From: Phycisphaerae bacterium
GTDB taxonomy: Bacteria; Planctomycetota; Phycisphaerae; UBA1845; Fen-1342
Assembly: GCA_050115495.1 (NCBI GenBank)
Contig: JASFQK010000042.1
Coordinates: 1-58,511, forward strand
Direction of reading: 5' to 3'
DNA: 58,511 bases
Below the pieces are notes generated by a model. It did not search any database and had not been told where the DNA came from. It worked only from the letters and a program-made list of their open reading frames with translations. A program made the position numbers and the translations under genes. Positions 46,853 to 56,672 of this stretch are shown in pieces (positions within the stretch are counted from its first letter, which is position 1; each line of letters starts with the position of its first letter).

Positions 46853-47494
46853 GGCTGTCTCTCCAGGATGTGAGTATGCTGCGCGGAGGTGTGCCAACGC
46901 ACGGCACGACCCCCTGACCCAATCCAGGTCGTTTCGCCGCGTGAGAGAACAACGCGACACAATCACCAGTTCTGCCCGGCGCGGACCGTCACCTTTCAGC
47001 CGGGTCAGAAGGGCAAACAGCTACACCCAGAGCGCTCTCGCGGCGCCCACCGTTGCCCTCGCAACGGCCTATCGCGTTGCGCGCTGCCGTCTCCAGCAAC
47101 ACGCACGTCTTATGCTGCTAGTCCCGTGTAACAGACAACCATGTCCGGTGTGACAATAGCCCCACACGCTGGATGTCTAAGCAAATGAGCCCTGCATCAC
47201 CCTAAGTATAATAAGTAGCATCGATCGCCCGAATGTCAACGAGAATCATGGCTTCAGACTGACGAGCACGCGGATGGCAAGGCAACGCGCGCTCCTCCCG
47301 GCGCGCGAGGCGGCGCGAAGGAGAATGCCGAGCGCAGGGACGATGAGACACCAGCCACGAGGAGACCGGCGCAGCAGGAGGGCTACGTGCGATACGTGTG
47401 ATGCGTGCAATGAGCGTGACGGGACCTACGCGCGAAAGCGCGCGGCTGGCTCAGCCGACTGTCGGCTCTTTTGCTTGCTCTATGCGACCGACCG

Positions 47495-47779
47495 CTAGGC
47501 GGCGATCAGGTTCTTGGCGTCGGCGAGGATGGTGACCATCACACCCGCCGGGTCGCGCAGCTCGATCTTGACCCGCTCCTGCTTGCGGAGCTTGTCACGG
47601 AGCGACTCGTTGCCGATGTACACGACCTCGGCCTGGACGCGCCTGTCGCCCTTGAAGAACTGATCCTGGATGCGGCGCTTCACGTGGTTGCTCGTACGCT
47701 GGCAGGGATCCCATACGGACCACTCCGGGACCGGACCCGGGCTTTTCACTCGCACGCGCGTCCCCGCCGCCAGGCTCAC
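47495..47779 (-). CDS. Small basic hypothetical protein
   Basis: AGGAG RBS before GTG 47779; strongly GC3-biased coding pattern. Confidence 0.7.
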   Translation of the reverse strand: MSLAAGTRVRVKSPGPVPEWSVWDPCQRTSNHVKRRIQDQFFKGDRRVQAEVVYIGNESLRDKLRKQERVKIELRDPAGVMVTILADAKNLIAA

Positions 47780-48049
47780 CGTACTCCTGCCGCCACCGAG
47801 CATATTCGCCGTCCTCCATGGGCGCGGAACTGGCGCCCAGAGCTTAACCGTTGTTTGAAAATGGAATCGCGGCCGGCCGTTACGACCTGGCTGCCGCGTC
47901 GCGAAGGCGGGTGCTGACGAACCGCTCCGCAAGCTCTCGTACTACGCAGGAAGAATACAGGTTACCACAATCATCGACAAGTCCGCCGCCGGCGAGATTT
48001 CCGCCCGCGCCCGCTTTCCCGCAGTGCACGTGCCGTAGAAAATGTGTAG

Positions 48050-51000
48050 ATGAAACGCAAGCGGCGATCCTGGACACGGCGCATCGTCTGGGCCGCGACT
48101 GCCGGCCTCGTCGTGCTGACCGCGCTGTACTGGCACCTGACGAGCCCGGCCCGGCTGCGAGCCCGCGTGCTCCAGGCCTTCGCCTCATTCCCCGGCGCGG
48201 TCCGTATCGGCAGCGTCTCCTTCTCGCCCTGGCAGGGACTGGAGCTGGTCGAGCTCGAGCTCGTGCTCGCCAACGAGGACCAGCCGGAGGAAAAGCGCCA
48301 GCCGCGGCTGCGGGCGGCGCGAGCTGTGATCCACGTAGCACCGTGGGCCCTGATCGGCGGCGAGGTGCGACCGGAGAGCGTCACGCTCGACGGGCTTGAG
48401 GTCTCGCTCGTCGGCCGCGTCCACGGCACGGGGGCCGACGAGGACGTCTCGCTCGAAGACCGCGACGGTGGCTGGCGGCTGCCGTCGCTGAAGACGCTGG
48501 ACCTGCCCCGCCTGCGCTTCGACCAGGCGGACGTCCTGCTCTGGGCCGACACCGGCGGCAAGACACGCCTGCTGCGACGCTGGCTGCTCACCGCCCGCGG
48601 CAACCCCACGCTCGCCGGCTACGACCTGCGGCTCGATGCGGCGGGCGGCGGCGGCAACTCGCTCGCCCAGCTCTCCTGGGACCGCGCCTCGGGCCGAATC
48701 AGGGCCGAGCTGGACTGGCTCGACCTGGACATGGCCACCCTGTTCCTGCCGCAGAAGCTGACCGACCTCCGCCGAAAGCTGCACCTGCGCGGACGCGTGC
48801 GGGTGGAGCACGCCCTACTGCACGAAGCCGCGTCGCCGAAAGAAGGCTGGGTAGCGGACGAGCTGCGCCTGCGAATCGCCGACGGGCGGTGTGCAATGCC
48901 GATCGAGCAGCCGGACGACGCCTGGCCGGCGAGTCGGCGGTTCCTGCACCTGGGCGACGCCGACATCGCCGTCACGTACGATCGCGGCCCCGGGGCGTCG
49001 CCGGGAGCGGTTGTGGTAAGTGGTACCGGCCAACTGAACGGTGCGCCGGCGGAGTTCACGCTAAGCGCAACGAGCGCGGCCCTCACGGGTCAGCCGGGCG
49101 AAGCGAGCGGCATCCTCGCGGCGAAGCTGCGCGTGCAGGGCTTCCGCCTGCCCACCGTGGACGAACAGCCGGACTTCGTGGGCAGCCCGCGACTGCCGGA
49201 GCCGGTGCGGGCCTTCTTCGCCGAGTACCGGCCGCGCGGGCGCGTGGATCTCGCGATGACCGCCCGACGGGAGACGGATGGACGGCTCGTGGCGACGGGA
49301 GAGCTGGTCCCGCTCGGTGTGTCCTGCCGCTATTACCGATTCCCTTACGAGTTTCGGGACGCTCGCGGCCTCGTGCGCTTCACGGGAGAACAGGTGCTGT
49401 TCGAGGGGCTCAGCGCCCGGCATGGCTCATGTTGGATATACGGCGACGGCCATCTCGACAGTGCCCGGCGGAACACGGGCTTCGAGCTGACCTTCCGAGC
49501 CGCGGCCGTGCCGCTGGACGCGGACCTGTTCGCCGCCGTGCCCGAGCGGTACCAGCGGCTCTGGCAACAGGCCGGTCCGCTCGGCGTGTGCGATGCACGC
49601 GTGCACCTGGTGCGCCCGGGAGCTCCGCCAGTAGGAAACGCCGCCCCGACCGACGTGCGCGTCGACGCGCGGCTACTGGGAGGCAGCATGCTGATCGGGC
49701 AGGGCCGGCGCTTGCAGCAGGCGGACGGGCGGCTGACGATCGCGGCCGGGGCGATCGAAGTGGATGAGCTGCGCGGGCTGCTGGATGGTTCGCCGGTCTG
49801 CCTGAGCGGGGCGGTCGGGCTGGACAACGGGGCGTCGCGAACGCAGCTCGCCGTGACGGCGGCGAACGTCCCGGTGAGTTTCGACGAAGCCGCCGGCGGC
49901 GGAGAGGGTACCGACGCCTTCCGCCTGGTGGGGCGGGGTCGGGCGGACGTGTGGGGCGAGGTCTCCGGCACTGGAGACGAAAGTGACGAGGCAACCCGCT
50001 GGATCGTGCACGTGAAGGAGGGGACCGTGCGCGGCAGCGAGGCGGCGGAGGGCTGGCAGGATTGCACGGGATGGATCCGGCTGGTCGGTCCACGTCGCGA
50101 GGTGACGGCGTTCGAGGCTCGCCAGGGCGATGCGTCGCTCCAGGTGCAGGGCGAACTGCCACGGTCGGCGGCGACGGACGGACCGGTGTCGCTCGACGTA
50201 CGGGCGCAGGGCGTCGCTTGCGACGGATTGGCGGAGCAGCTCGGCTCGCGGCGCTGGGCACGCGTCGCCGAAGCGTTGGGCCTGTCCGGGCGAGGCACGA
50301 TTCAGGTATTGCTGCGGCCGGCGCCGTCAGAATCGGGGTCGGAGCGGCAAGCCGTGGAGGTTGAGCTGACCGCCGACGGGGCGAAACCGGCACCGCTCCC
50401 GCTCGACCTGAAAGAACCGGCGGTGCGAGCCCGCGTGACGGGGGAGGCGGTGGACATCCTGAGCGCGACGGCGACACACGGCGCGGACGGAAAGATCACC
50501 GGCAGCGGCCACCTGGTGTGGTCCGGCGATGAGCCACGCGGCGAATTCCGCATGAGTGCCGAGGGGCTCGACGTGACGCCGGAGCTGATCGACGTGCTGC
50601 CCGGGCGGGCAGCGGACCTGCTGCGACGGCTGGCTCCGCAAGGGCGGGTGCGGCTGGATCTCGATCGCGTACGGCTGGGTGAGCGGGACGGGGAGACGTG
50701 GGAGTTCGTCGGCACGCTGGACGTGGCCGCCGGCCGGCTGGATTTGGGTCTGCCGCTGACGGACTTCGACGGCCGGCTGCGCGGGACCTGTCGTGTGCTA
50801 GCCGATGGTGAAGTGGAGCTGGACGCCGACCTTGAGCTCGACCGCGGGCAGCTCTCCGGCCGACCGCTGGTGGGCTGGGCCGGGCACCTGCGGCGGGAGG
50901 CCGGGGCACGGTTCATAACGCTGGAGGACCTGCGCGGGGAGCTGTGCGGCGGGGACGCCCTCGCCGAGGTACGCATCGACCCCGAGCGATCGAGCTACGA

Positions 51001-51568
51001 GCTGTCACTGACGATCCAGCGTGTCGCCTTCGGCGACCTGCTGCCGACCAAGCCGGGCAGCGAGGGCCGCCGGCGCGGCGGGCAGACGGACGGGTCGCTG
51101 CATCTGCGCGGCCTGGCCGGCGACCCGGAGAGCCGCAACGGGGCAGGCAACCTGCGCATCCGCGGGGCGTCGTTTCTGCATACGCCGGTGCTGGCCGAGG
51201 TGGCAGAGGCCAGCCGCGAGGCGGCGCGACGGGTCGACGATGAGTATGACCTCGCGGAGTTGCGTTTCGTATGGCGGGGCTCGGTGCTGGAACTGACACG
51301 GGTCGAGCTGGAGAGCCGTAACCTGCGCCTCGTCGGCGAGGGTACGTGGAACATGGAAACGGACGCCCTCGACCTCACGCTGCTGGGGGCGCATCCGGAG
51401 CACTGGCCGCGGGTAGCGGTGCTGACCGACCTGCTCGAAGTCGCCGGTCAGGAGCTGGTTCAGTATCGCGTGCAGGGCACGGCCGCGGCGCCGCGCGTGA
51501 CGGTCGAGCCGCTACACGGATTGAACCGCACGTTGCAGTTGCTGCTGCTGGGGGAAAAGGCGAGGTAG
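48050..51568 (+). CDS. AsmA-like C-terminal region (beta-taco) protein
   Basis: N-terminal TM anchor, long beta-rich repeats and a C-terminal L.GEGT....LDL...Y.V.GT...P.V pattern. Confidence 0.75.
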   Translation: MKRKRRSWTRRIVWAATAGLVVLTALYWHLTSPARLRARVLQAFASFPGAVRIGSVSFSPWQGLELVELELVLANEDQPEEKRQPRLRAARAVIHVAPWALIGGEVRPESVTLDGLEVSLVGRVHGTGADEDVSLEDRDGGWRLPSLKTLDLPRLRFDQADVLLWADTGGKTRLLRRWLLTARGNPTLAGYDLRLDAAGGGGNSLAQLSWDRASGRIRAELDWLDLDMATLFLPQKLTDLRRKLHLRGRVRVEHALLHEAASPKEGWVADELRLRIADGRCAMPIEQPDDAWPASRRFLHLGDADIAVTYDRGPGASPGAVVVSGTGQLNGAPAEFTLSATSAALTGQPGEASGILAAKLRVQGFRLPTVDEQPDFVGSPRLPEPVRAFFAEYRPRGRVDLAMTARRETDGRLVATGELVPLGVSCRYYRFPYEFRDARGLVRFTGEQVLFEGLSARHGSCWIYGDGHLDSARRNTGFELTFRAAAVPLDADLFAAVPERYQRLWQQAGPLGVCDARVHLVRPGAPPVGNAAPTDVRVDARLLGGSMLIGQGRRLQQADGRLTIAAGAIEVDELRGLLDGSPVCLSGAVGLDNGASRTQLAVTAANVPVSFDEAAGGGEGTDAFRLVGRGRADVWGEVSGTGDESDEATRWIVHVKEGTVRGSEAAEGWQDCTGWIRLVGPRREVTAFEARQGDASLQVQGELPRSAATDGPVSLDVRAQGVACDGLAEQLGSRRWARVAEALGLSGRGTIQVLLRPAPSESGSERQAVEVELTADGAKPAPLPLDLKEPAVRARVTGEAVDILSATATHGADGKITGSGHLVWSGDEPRGEFRMSAEGLDVTPELIDVLPGRAADLLRRLAPQGRVRLDLDRVRLGERDGETWEFVGTLDVAAGRLDLGLPLTDFDGRLRGTCRVLADGEVELDADLELDRGQLSGRPLVGWAGHLRREAGARFITLEDLRGELCGGDALAEVRIDPERSSYELSLTIQRVAFGDLLPTKPGSEGRRRGGQTDGSLHLRGLAGDPESRNGAGNLRIRGASFLHTPVLAEVAEASREAARRVDDEYDLAELRFVWRGSVLELTRVELESRNLRLVGEGTWNMETDALDLTLLGAHPEHWPRVAVLTDLLEVAGQELVQYRVQGTAAAPRVTVEPLHGLNRTLQLLLLGEKAR

Positions 51569-51707
51569 GAAGGCAACGAGGCAACAAGGCAGTTCCAGGC
51601 GGGCGGTTCCTGCACATTGGCCGGTGCGCGGCAACACGTAGGGCGGATTTCGCCCGCTGTTCGTCATGGGGGACAAACCGGCCGACAGGTCGAACAGGTC
51701 AGCCGCG

Positions 51708-53396
51708 CTATTCGAGGTAGCCCAGGTCGCTGAGACGCTGCTGCAGCAGGCGGCGCTCCTCTTCGGAGTAAACCTCGCCCTGATCGTCGAAGGCCTTCTT
51801 CAGCGGCGGTTCGCGTTCGATGACCGGCTCGGCACTGAAGGCCTCGCGAATGACGCGACCCTCCATGTCCACCGGCACGCGCAGACCGAGCGCGGCCAGC
51901 GCCGTCGGGGCGATGTCCACGATGTTCGCTTCGGTGCGCTCGCCTTTGCGAATGCCGCGGCCGCCGATGGCCAGGATACCCTCGTCGCGGTGCGTACCCT
52001 CGATCCGGTTGACCGGGCACCAGCGGACCGACTGCCGCCCGCGGATCTTCCGCACGACGGCAAAGCCCGGATGCGGCGCCAGCAGTAGGTCGGGCAGGTT
52101 GGGGTGATCCTGCCGTTTGCAACGGTAGAGGTGCTCTGTCTTGTGCACGTGCGAGAAGATGTGCACCTCTTTGCCGTCGGGACCGCGGGCCGTCGCCTTG
52201 CGCAGGCGCTCGGCGAGCTCATCGCGCAACGACTCGTACTGGGCCGGCTCGACGATGCCGTGCGGGCCGCGGCCACGCAGGTTGATGTACAGATAGCCAT
52301 AGATACCGGCGTGCATGACGCAGGCCCGCGTCCGCGACCAGTCGACGGCCAGCTCCTGCTCGATGCCGCGGGCACCCTGCTCGAAGCGCGTCACCTTGCC
52401 CTTGGTCAGACGGTGCAGCAAGTGCGCGGCGCGGGTGGTGGCCTGCTCCCATGGGCTGCGCAGGGCCAGGTAGCCCCAGTCCTTCAGCAGGCGATTCGGC
52501 TGCGCCTTGCCGTCGAGACTGCCGTGCCCGTGGTCGGACATGATGAGCACGTGGGCCCCGTTGCGCTCGGCGTACTCGAACAGCTCGCCCAGCACGCGGT
52601 CGAGCTGGGTCAGCACTTCCGCCGACAGACGAGCCTCACGCGGGTAATCCGGGGCCGTTCGCGGGTCGAGGTACTTCCACGCCTTGTGCTGGAGGTTGTC
52701 GACCAGCTTGAAGACGACCATCAGCACGTCCCAGCCGAACTTGTCGCCGCAATAGGTGGTCAGCTTGGCGCCCTGGTCGAAGCTGTTGGCGATGTACTTC
52801 AGGTTTTCGGCGAAGATATCCTGTCCGCCGAGGGCGCGGCGCTGCCAGTTCGTGCGGTAGTTGTAGTTCGGGATGAGCTCGAAGATCTCCTGCTTGAGCT
52901 CCTTCGGAAACGTGAAGTCGGCGTGGATGCTGGGCGTCTCGAAGCCGCTGATCATGAAGCCGTTGACCGGCTTGGGCGGATAGGTCATAGGCACGTTGAT
53001 GCTGCCCACGCGCAGGCCCTTCTCGCTGAGCAGCTCCCAGAGCGTCTTCTCTTCGATCTGGTACGTGCTGTTGAAGGTGAGCTTGTGCTCGCCGGCGTCG
53101 TACTTCTCGAAGTCGAGGATGCCGTGCTGGCCCGGGCCCTTGCCGGTCATAAAGGTCGTCCAGGCGGCGGGCGTAATGGGCGGCTGGGTCGAGTGCAGGA
53201 CGCCCGCGACCCCGTTCTCGATGAAGCGGCGCAGGTTGGGCATATGCCCGGCCTGCATGAGCGGATCGAGGACGTAGAAGGTGGCTCCATCGAGCCCGAT
53301 AATCAGCAACCGGTCCACGATGGGCTTCAGCGGGCGGGCGGCGCGTTGCTGTGACGCCGGCACCTTGCATTCCGTGACGCCGGTTGTCCCATCCAT
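51708..53396 (-). CDS. Alkaline phosphatase superfamily (type I phosphodiesterase/nucleotide pyrophosphatase-like) protein
   Basis: LIIGLDGAT, ST.PPITPAAWTTFMTGK.PG.HGI.DF, SDHGHG, GTHR.EG, DIAPT and RLSDLGYLE. Confidence 0.88.
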   Translation of the reverse strand: MDGTTGVTECKVPASQQRAARPLKPIVDRLLIIGLDGATFYVLDPLMQAGHMPNLRRFIENGVAGVLHSTQPPITPAAWTTFMTGKGPGQHGILDFEKYDAGEHKLTFNSTYQIEEKTLWELLSEKGLRVGSINVPMTYPPKPVNGFMISGFETPSIHADFTFPKELKQEIFELIPNYNYRTNWQRRALGGQDIFAENLKYIANSFDQGAKLTTYCGDKFGWDVLMVVFKLVDNLQHKAWKYLDPRTAPDYPREARLSAEVLTQLDRVLGELFEYAERNGAHVLIMSDHGHGSLDGKAQPNRLLKDWGYLALRSPWEQATTRAAHLLHRLTKGKVTRFEQGARGIEQELAVDWSRTRACVMHAGIYGYLYINLRGRGPHGIVEPAQYESLRDELAERLRKATARGPDGKEVHIFSHVHKTEHLYRCKRQDHPNLPDLLLAPHPGFAVVRKIRGRQSVRWCPVNRIEGTHRDEGILAIGGRGIRKGERTEANIVDIAPTALAALGLRVPVDMEGRVIREAFSAEPVIEREPPLKKAFDDQGEVYSEEERRLLQQRLSDLGYLE

Positions 53397-53569
53397 CCCT
53401 TCACCACCTTTCACCGAATATCGTCCAGTCACGGCCAGTCTCTGGCCGTGGCCTGTCGCGGTCAGTTCGCTCGCACTGCGCCGTCGGGGACTGCGGCCCC
53501 TCGCCGGCCGCGGGGAACCAGCATACCCGCTTCCGGCCCGGCGCGACAGCCCCCCGGCTCGCCGTTTCC

Positions 53570-54997
53570 TCAGTGTTTCACGGGCAAACGCCGGCGCCGC
53601 GGCTGCACGACCAGATCATAGTCCGCGGCCTCGACGCAGCGCACGGGGACGAACTCGCCGACGGACGCAGCCTCCGCCGGCAGCAGGCACACCGCGTCCA
53701 CTTCCGGGGCCTGGCCGGCGTGACGGGCGACGAGCTGCCCCGCCTCATCGGCCCCGTCGACCAGCACGTCGAACTCCTGCCCGATCCGCGCCCGGGCCGC
53801 GGCCAACGCGACCTCATGCTGCGTGAGCATGAACCGCTCATGGCGTTCCTGCCGAATCTCGTCGGGAATCTGCCCCGGCAGGCGAATCGCCGGCGTCCCG
53901 GGCTCGGGCGAGTAGCGAAACGCCGCCGCCGCCTCGAAGCCGAAGTCGCGCACGAAGGCGAGCAATTCATCGAATTCAGCGTCGGTTTCACCGGGGAACC
54001 CGACGATCATCGTCGTGCGGATCGCCACGCCCGGGATCTGCCGCCGGAGCTTCTCCAGCAACGCCTCCGTCTGCTCCCGCGTGACCCGCCGGCCCATCCG
54101 GCGAAGGATGCGGTCGTTGATGTGCTGGAGCGGGAGATCAACGTATTTCACCACGCGGGCACACTCGGCGAGGGCGGCGATGGCCTCATCGTCGAACACC
54201 GACGGGTAGACGTACATCAGCCGCAGCCAGCGGGCGCCCGTGCAGGCGGCGTCGAGTTGGCGCAGCAGGCCCGGCAGGCCGGCGTCATCACCACGATCGC
54301 GACCGTAGCTGGTCGTGTCCTGCCCGATGAGGATGAGTTCCTGGGCACCGTCAGCGATCAGCTCCTGGCACTCGGTGATGATCTCCGCCGGCGTCTTGCT
54401 GTGCAGGGGCCCGCGGATCGACGGAATCGTGCAGAACGTGCACTTCTGGTTGCAGCCCTCGCTAAGCCGGATGTAAGCGTAGTGCGCGGGCGTCAGCCGC
54501 AGGCGGCCCTGATCGTTCCACGGCTGGGGGTGATAATCGCCGAGGTGTAGCTCGTGACCCTGCGTGCGTCGGGAGCGGCCGCGCGGCGCCGTGCCCCACA
54601 CGGCCCGGGCCACGTCATCCCGCCGGTGGACGCCGACGAGGGCGTCGATCTCCGGCACGGCTTCGAGCAGCATCTCACCGTCACGCTGCACCAGGCAGCC
54701 GACGACGACCAGCCGCCGCAGGCTGCCGTCCTTTTTGCGAGTGGCCAGGTCGGTGAGCACCTCGAGCGCTTCGGCGCGTGCGGCCTCCAGGAATCCGCAC
54801 GTGTTAACCACGATCGTGTCGGCCGCCGACTCGTCGGGGGTAATGATCGCCCCGGACTCGGCGATGCGGCCGAGCATGACCTCGGAATCGACGAGGTTCT
54901 TGGCGCAACCCAGCGAGACGAAGCCGACGACGGGGGGTTCGGCGGGTTGGGCCGGCCGGCGACGAGGTGCGGCCTTCGGTTTCCGGTTACTGCTCAT
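53570..54997 (-). CDS. rimO: Ribosomal protein S12 methylthiotransferase
   Basis: SLGCAKNLVDSE, NTCGFL, EGCNQKCTFCTIPSIRG, IVGFPGET and QAPEVD. Confidence 0.95.
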   Translation of the reverse strand: MSSNRKPKAAPRRRPAQPAEPPVVGFVSLGCAKNLVDSEVMLGRIAESGAIITPDESAADTIVVNTCGFLEAARAEALEVLTDLATRKKDGSLRRLVVVGCLVQRDGEMLLEAVPEIDALVGVHRRDDVARAVWGTAPRGRSRRTQGHELHLGDYHPQPWNDQGRLRLTPAHYAYIRLSEGCNQKCTFCTIPSIRGPLHSKTPAEIITECQELIADGAQELILIGQDTTSYGRDRGDDAGLPGLLRQLDAACTGARWLRLMYVYPSVFDDEAIAALAECARVVKYVDLPLQHINDRILRRMGRRVTREQTEALLEKLRRQIPGVAIRTTMIVGFPGETDAEFDELLAFVRDFGFEAAAAFRYSPEPGTPAIRLPGQIPDEIRQERHERFMLTQHEVALAAARARIGQEFDVLVDGADEAGQLVARHAGQAPEVDAVCLLPAEAASVGEFVPVRCVEAADYDLVVQPRRRRLPVKH

Positions 54998-55128
54998 GGC
55001 GATGACTCGGTGTCCGCTCGTGGCGGAAGCGGCTCGCGGACGACTTTCCGCCAGCGTAGCGGGCGAGTACCTTTGGGGCAAACACCGACACGTGTCGGCG
55101 TCGACAGGTCGCCAGCGCAAACGGACGA

Positions 55129-56634
55129 GTGGAAGTTCCGGTGCTCGACAGTCTGGTTCAGTTCGTGACCGCGCTTGGCCGGTACGCCTGGGAGCCGCTG
55201 CGCGCCGTGCCCTGGACCAACTGGTCGGAGTTCTGGGTTCGGAATGTGCTGTGCCCCTGGGACAACCGGCTGGCGGTGCTCTTCTTCCTGCCGCTGGTCC
55301 CGGTGCTGTTCGTGTGGCCGCGACGGCATCTGCGGCTCGGCATGATCGTGACCGGCTGCCTGTTCATGGGCTGGCTGTTCGGGGCGGCGTTTGTGCCGGT
55401 TTGGGTGCTGATGTGCTACGCCTTCTTCTGCCTCGGCCAGCGCTACGCCATCGACCTCGAACGCCAGAATCGCCTGTGGTGGAACCCGTCGGCGGTCGTG
55501 ATCCTGCTCGTGAGCCTCGGCTACCTGGTGTCGCTACGGCTGAAGACGGTCTCGATGCCCGGCGAGTGGGTCTACTGGCTGTATGGACACGCCGCCTGGC
55601 TGTTCCCCTTCGGCAGCCGGCCGTACGGGTTCGAGACGTTCTGCCAGCCATGGAGCGCCGAAACGGCGACGAAGCCACCCCAGCTCTTCGACGCCATCTT
55701 CATGCGGCCGCACACCTGCGGGCTGGTGATCTTCACGATCCGCATGCTCCACTATTTCTCGGAGATCAAGCGGCGGTCGATCCCGGCGGCGCAGCGGACA
55801 TTCCTGAACTTCCTGTCGTTTTGCAGCTTCGGCCCGTTGGTGATGCAGGGTCCCATCGAGCGCTTCGCGTACTTCAACGAGCAGGTCGAACGCTGCCGCG
55901 ATCAACGCCGACCGCGCGACCTGCTCATGGGCCTGCTGCGCATCTCGCAGGGAATGGGCAAAGCGTTGATCTACCGCTTGTACTTCCCCCTGCCGTGGCT
56001 GGTGGAGGCGTTCAGCGGTGACCGGACGGTCGACCAGATCCCCTATCTCACTCTGGTCATCAACATCCACATCCAGGTCTTCGCGCTGTACCTGCTCTTC
56101 AGCGCGTACTGCGACGTGGCCATCGGCCTGGCCCGGCTCGTCGGCTTCCGGGCGACGGAGAACTTCCGCCAATACTGGCTGGCCCGCAGCCTGACCGACG
56201 TGTGGCGCCGCTGGCATATCACCTTCTCATTCATCCTGCGCGATTACGTGTTCATGCCGCTCGTTCGACGACGCTGGTCGGCGGTGGCCGCCCTGGTGGT
56301 GACGTTCGTCGTCTGCGGCGTACTGCATAACCTGGACAACTACTACGTTCTCTGGGGCGTCGTGATGGGCCTGATGGCGGCGGTGAACCAACGCTGGGCG
56401 CGTTGGATGCGCGAGTTGGACCGCCATCCGCAACGCCGGCTGACCGCCATCCGCCGCGCGTGGCTGCGGCTGCAACCGCTGCCGAAGCTGTGCGCCTGGT
56501 TCGTGACGATCAACGCATTCATCCTGTCAGGGTACATCTGCCTGGGCAAAGCGGGCGGCCTGTGGATCCTGTGGGAACTGGTGCGACGGCCGGCGGCGGG
56601 GTTGTTGCAGCTTCTGGGCCTGTGGCCGGGTTGA
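55129..56634 (+). CDS. MBOAT-family O-acyltransferase (AlgI/DltB-like)
   Basis: QGPIERF, FSAYCDVAIG, ENF...WRRWHITFS and CGVLHN. Confidence 0.9.
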   Translation: MEVPVLDSLVQFVTALGRYAWEPLRAVPWTNWSEFWVRNVLCPWDNRLAVLFFLPLVPVLFVWPRRHLRLGMIVTGCLFMGWLFGAAFVPVWVLMCYAFFCLGQRYAIDLERQNRLWWNPSAVVILLVSLGYLVSLRLKTVSMPGEWVYWLYGHAAWLFPFGSRPYGFETFCQPWSAETATKPPQLFDAIFMRPHTCGLVIFTIRMLHYFSEIKRRSIPAAQRTFLNFLSFCSFGPLVMQGPIERFAYFNEQVERCRDQRRPRDLLMGLLRISQGMGKALIYRLYFPLPWLVEAFSGDRTVDQIPYLTLVINIHIQVFALYLLFSAYCDVAIGLARLVGFRATENFRQYWLARSLTDVWRRWHITFSFILRDYVFMPLVRRRWSAVAALVVTFVVCGVLHNLDNYYVLWGVVMGLMAAVNQRWARWMRELDRHPQRRLTAIRRAWLRLQPLPKLCAWFVTINAFILSGYICLGKAGGLWILWELVRRPAAGLLQLLGLWPG

Positions 56635-56672
56635 TGCCGGTCACATAGACCGCCGAAGGAAGGATTGAAATC

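Noticed and set aside
47150..47470. AT-richer intergenic stretch with a degenerate 9-bp repeat (GTGCGATAC GTGTGATGC GTGCAATGA)
   Set aside because: Too short and degenerate; no tRNA or recognisable RNA fold found by eye.
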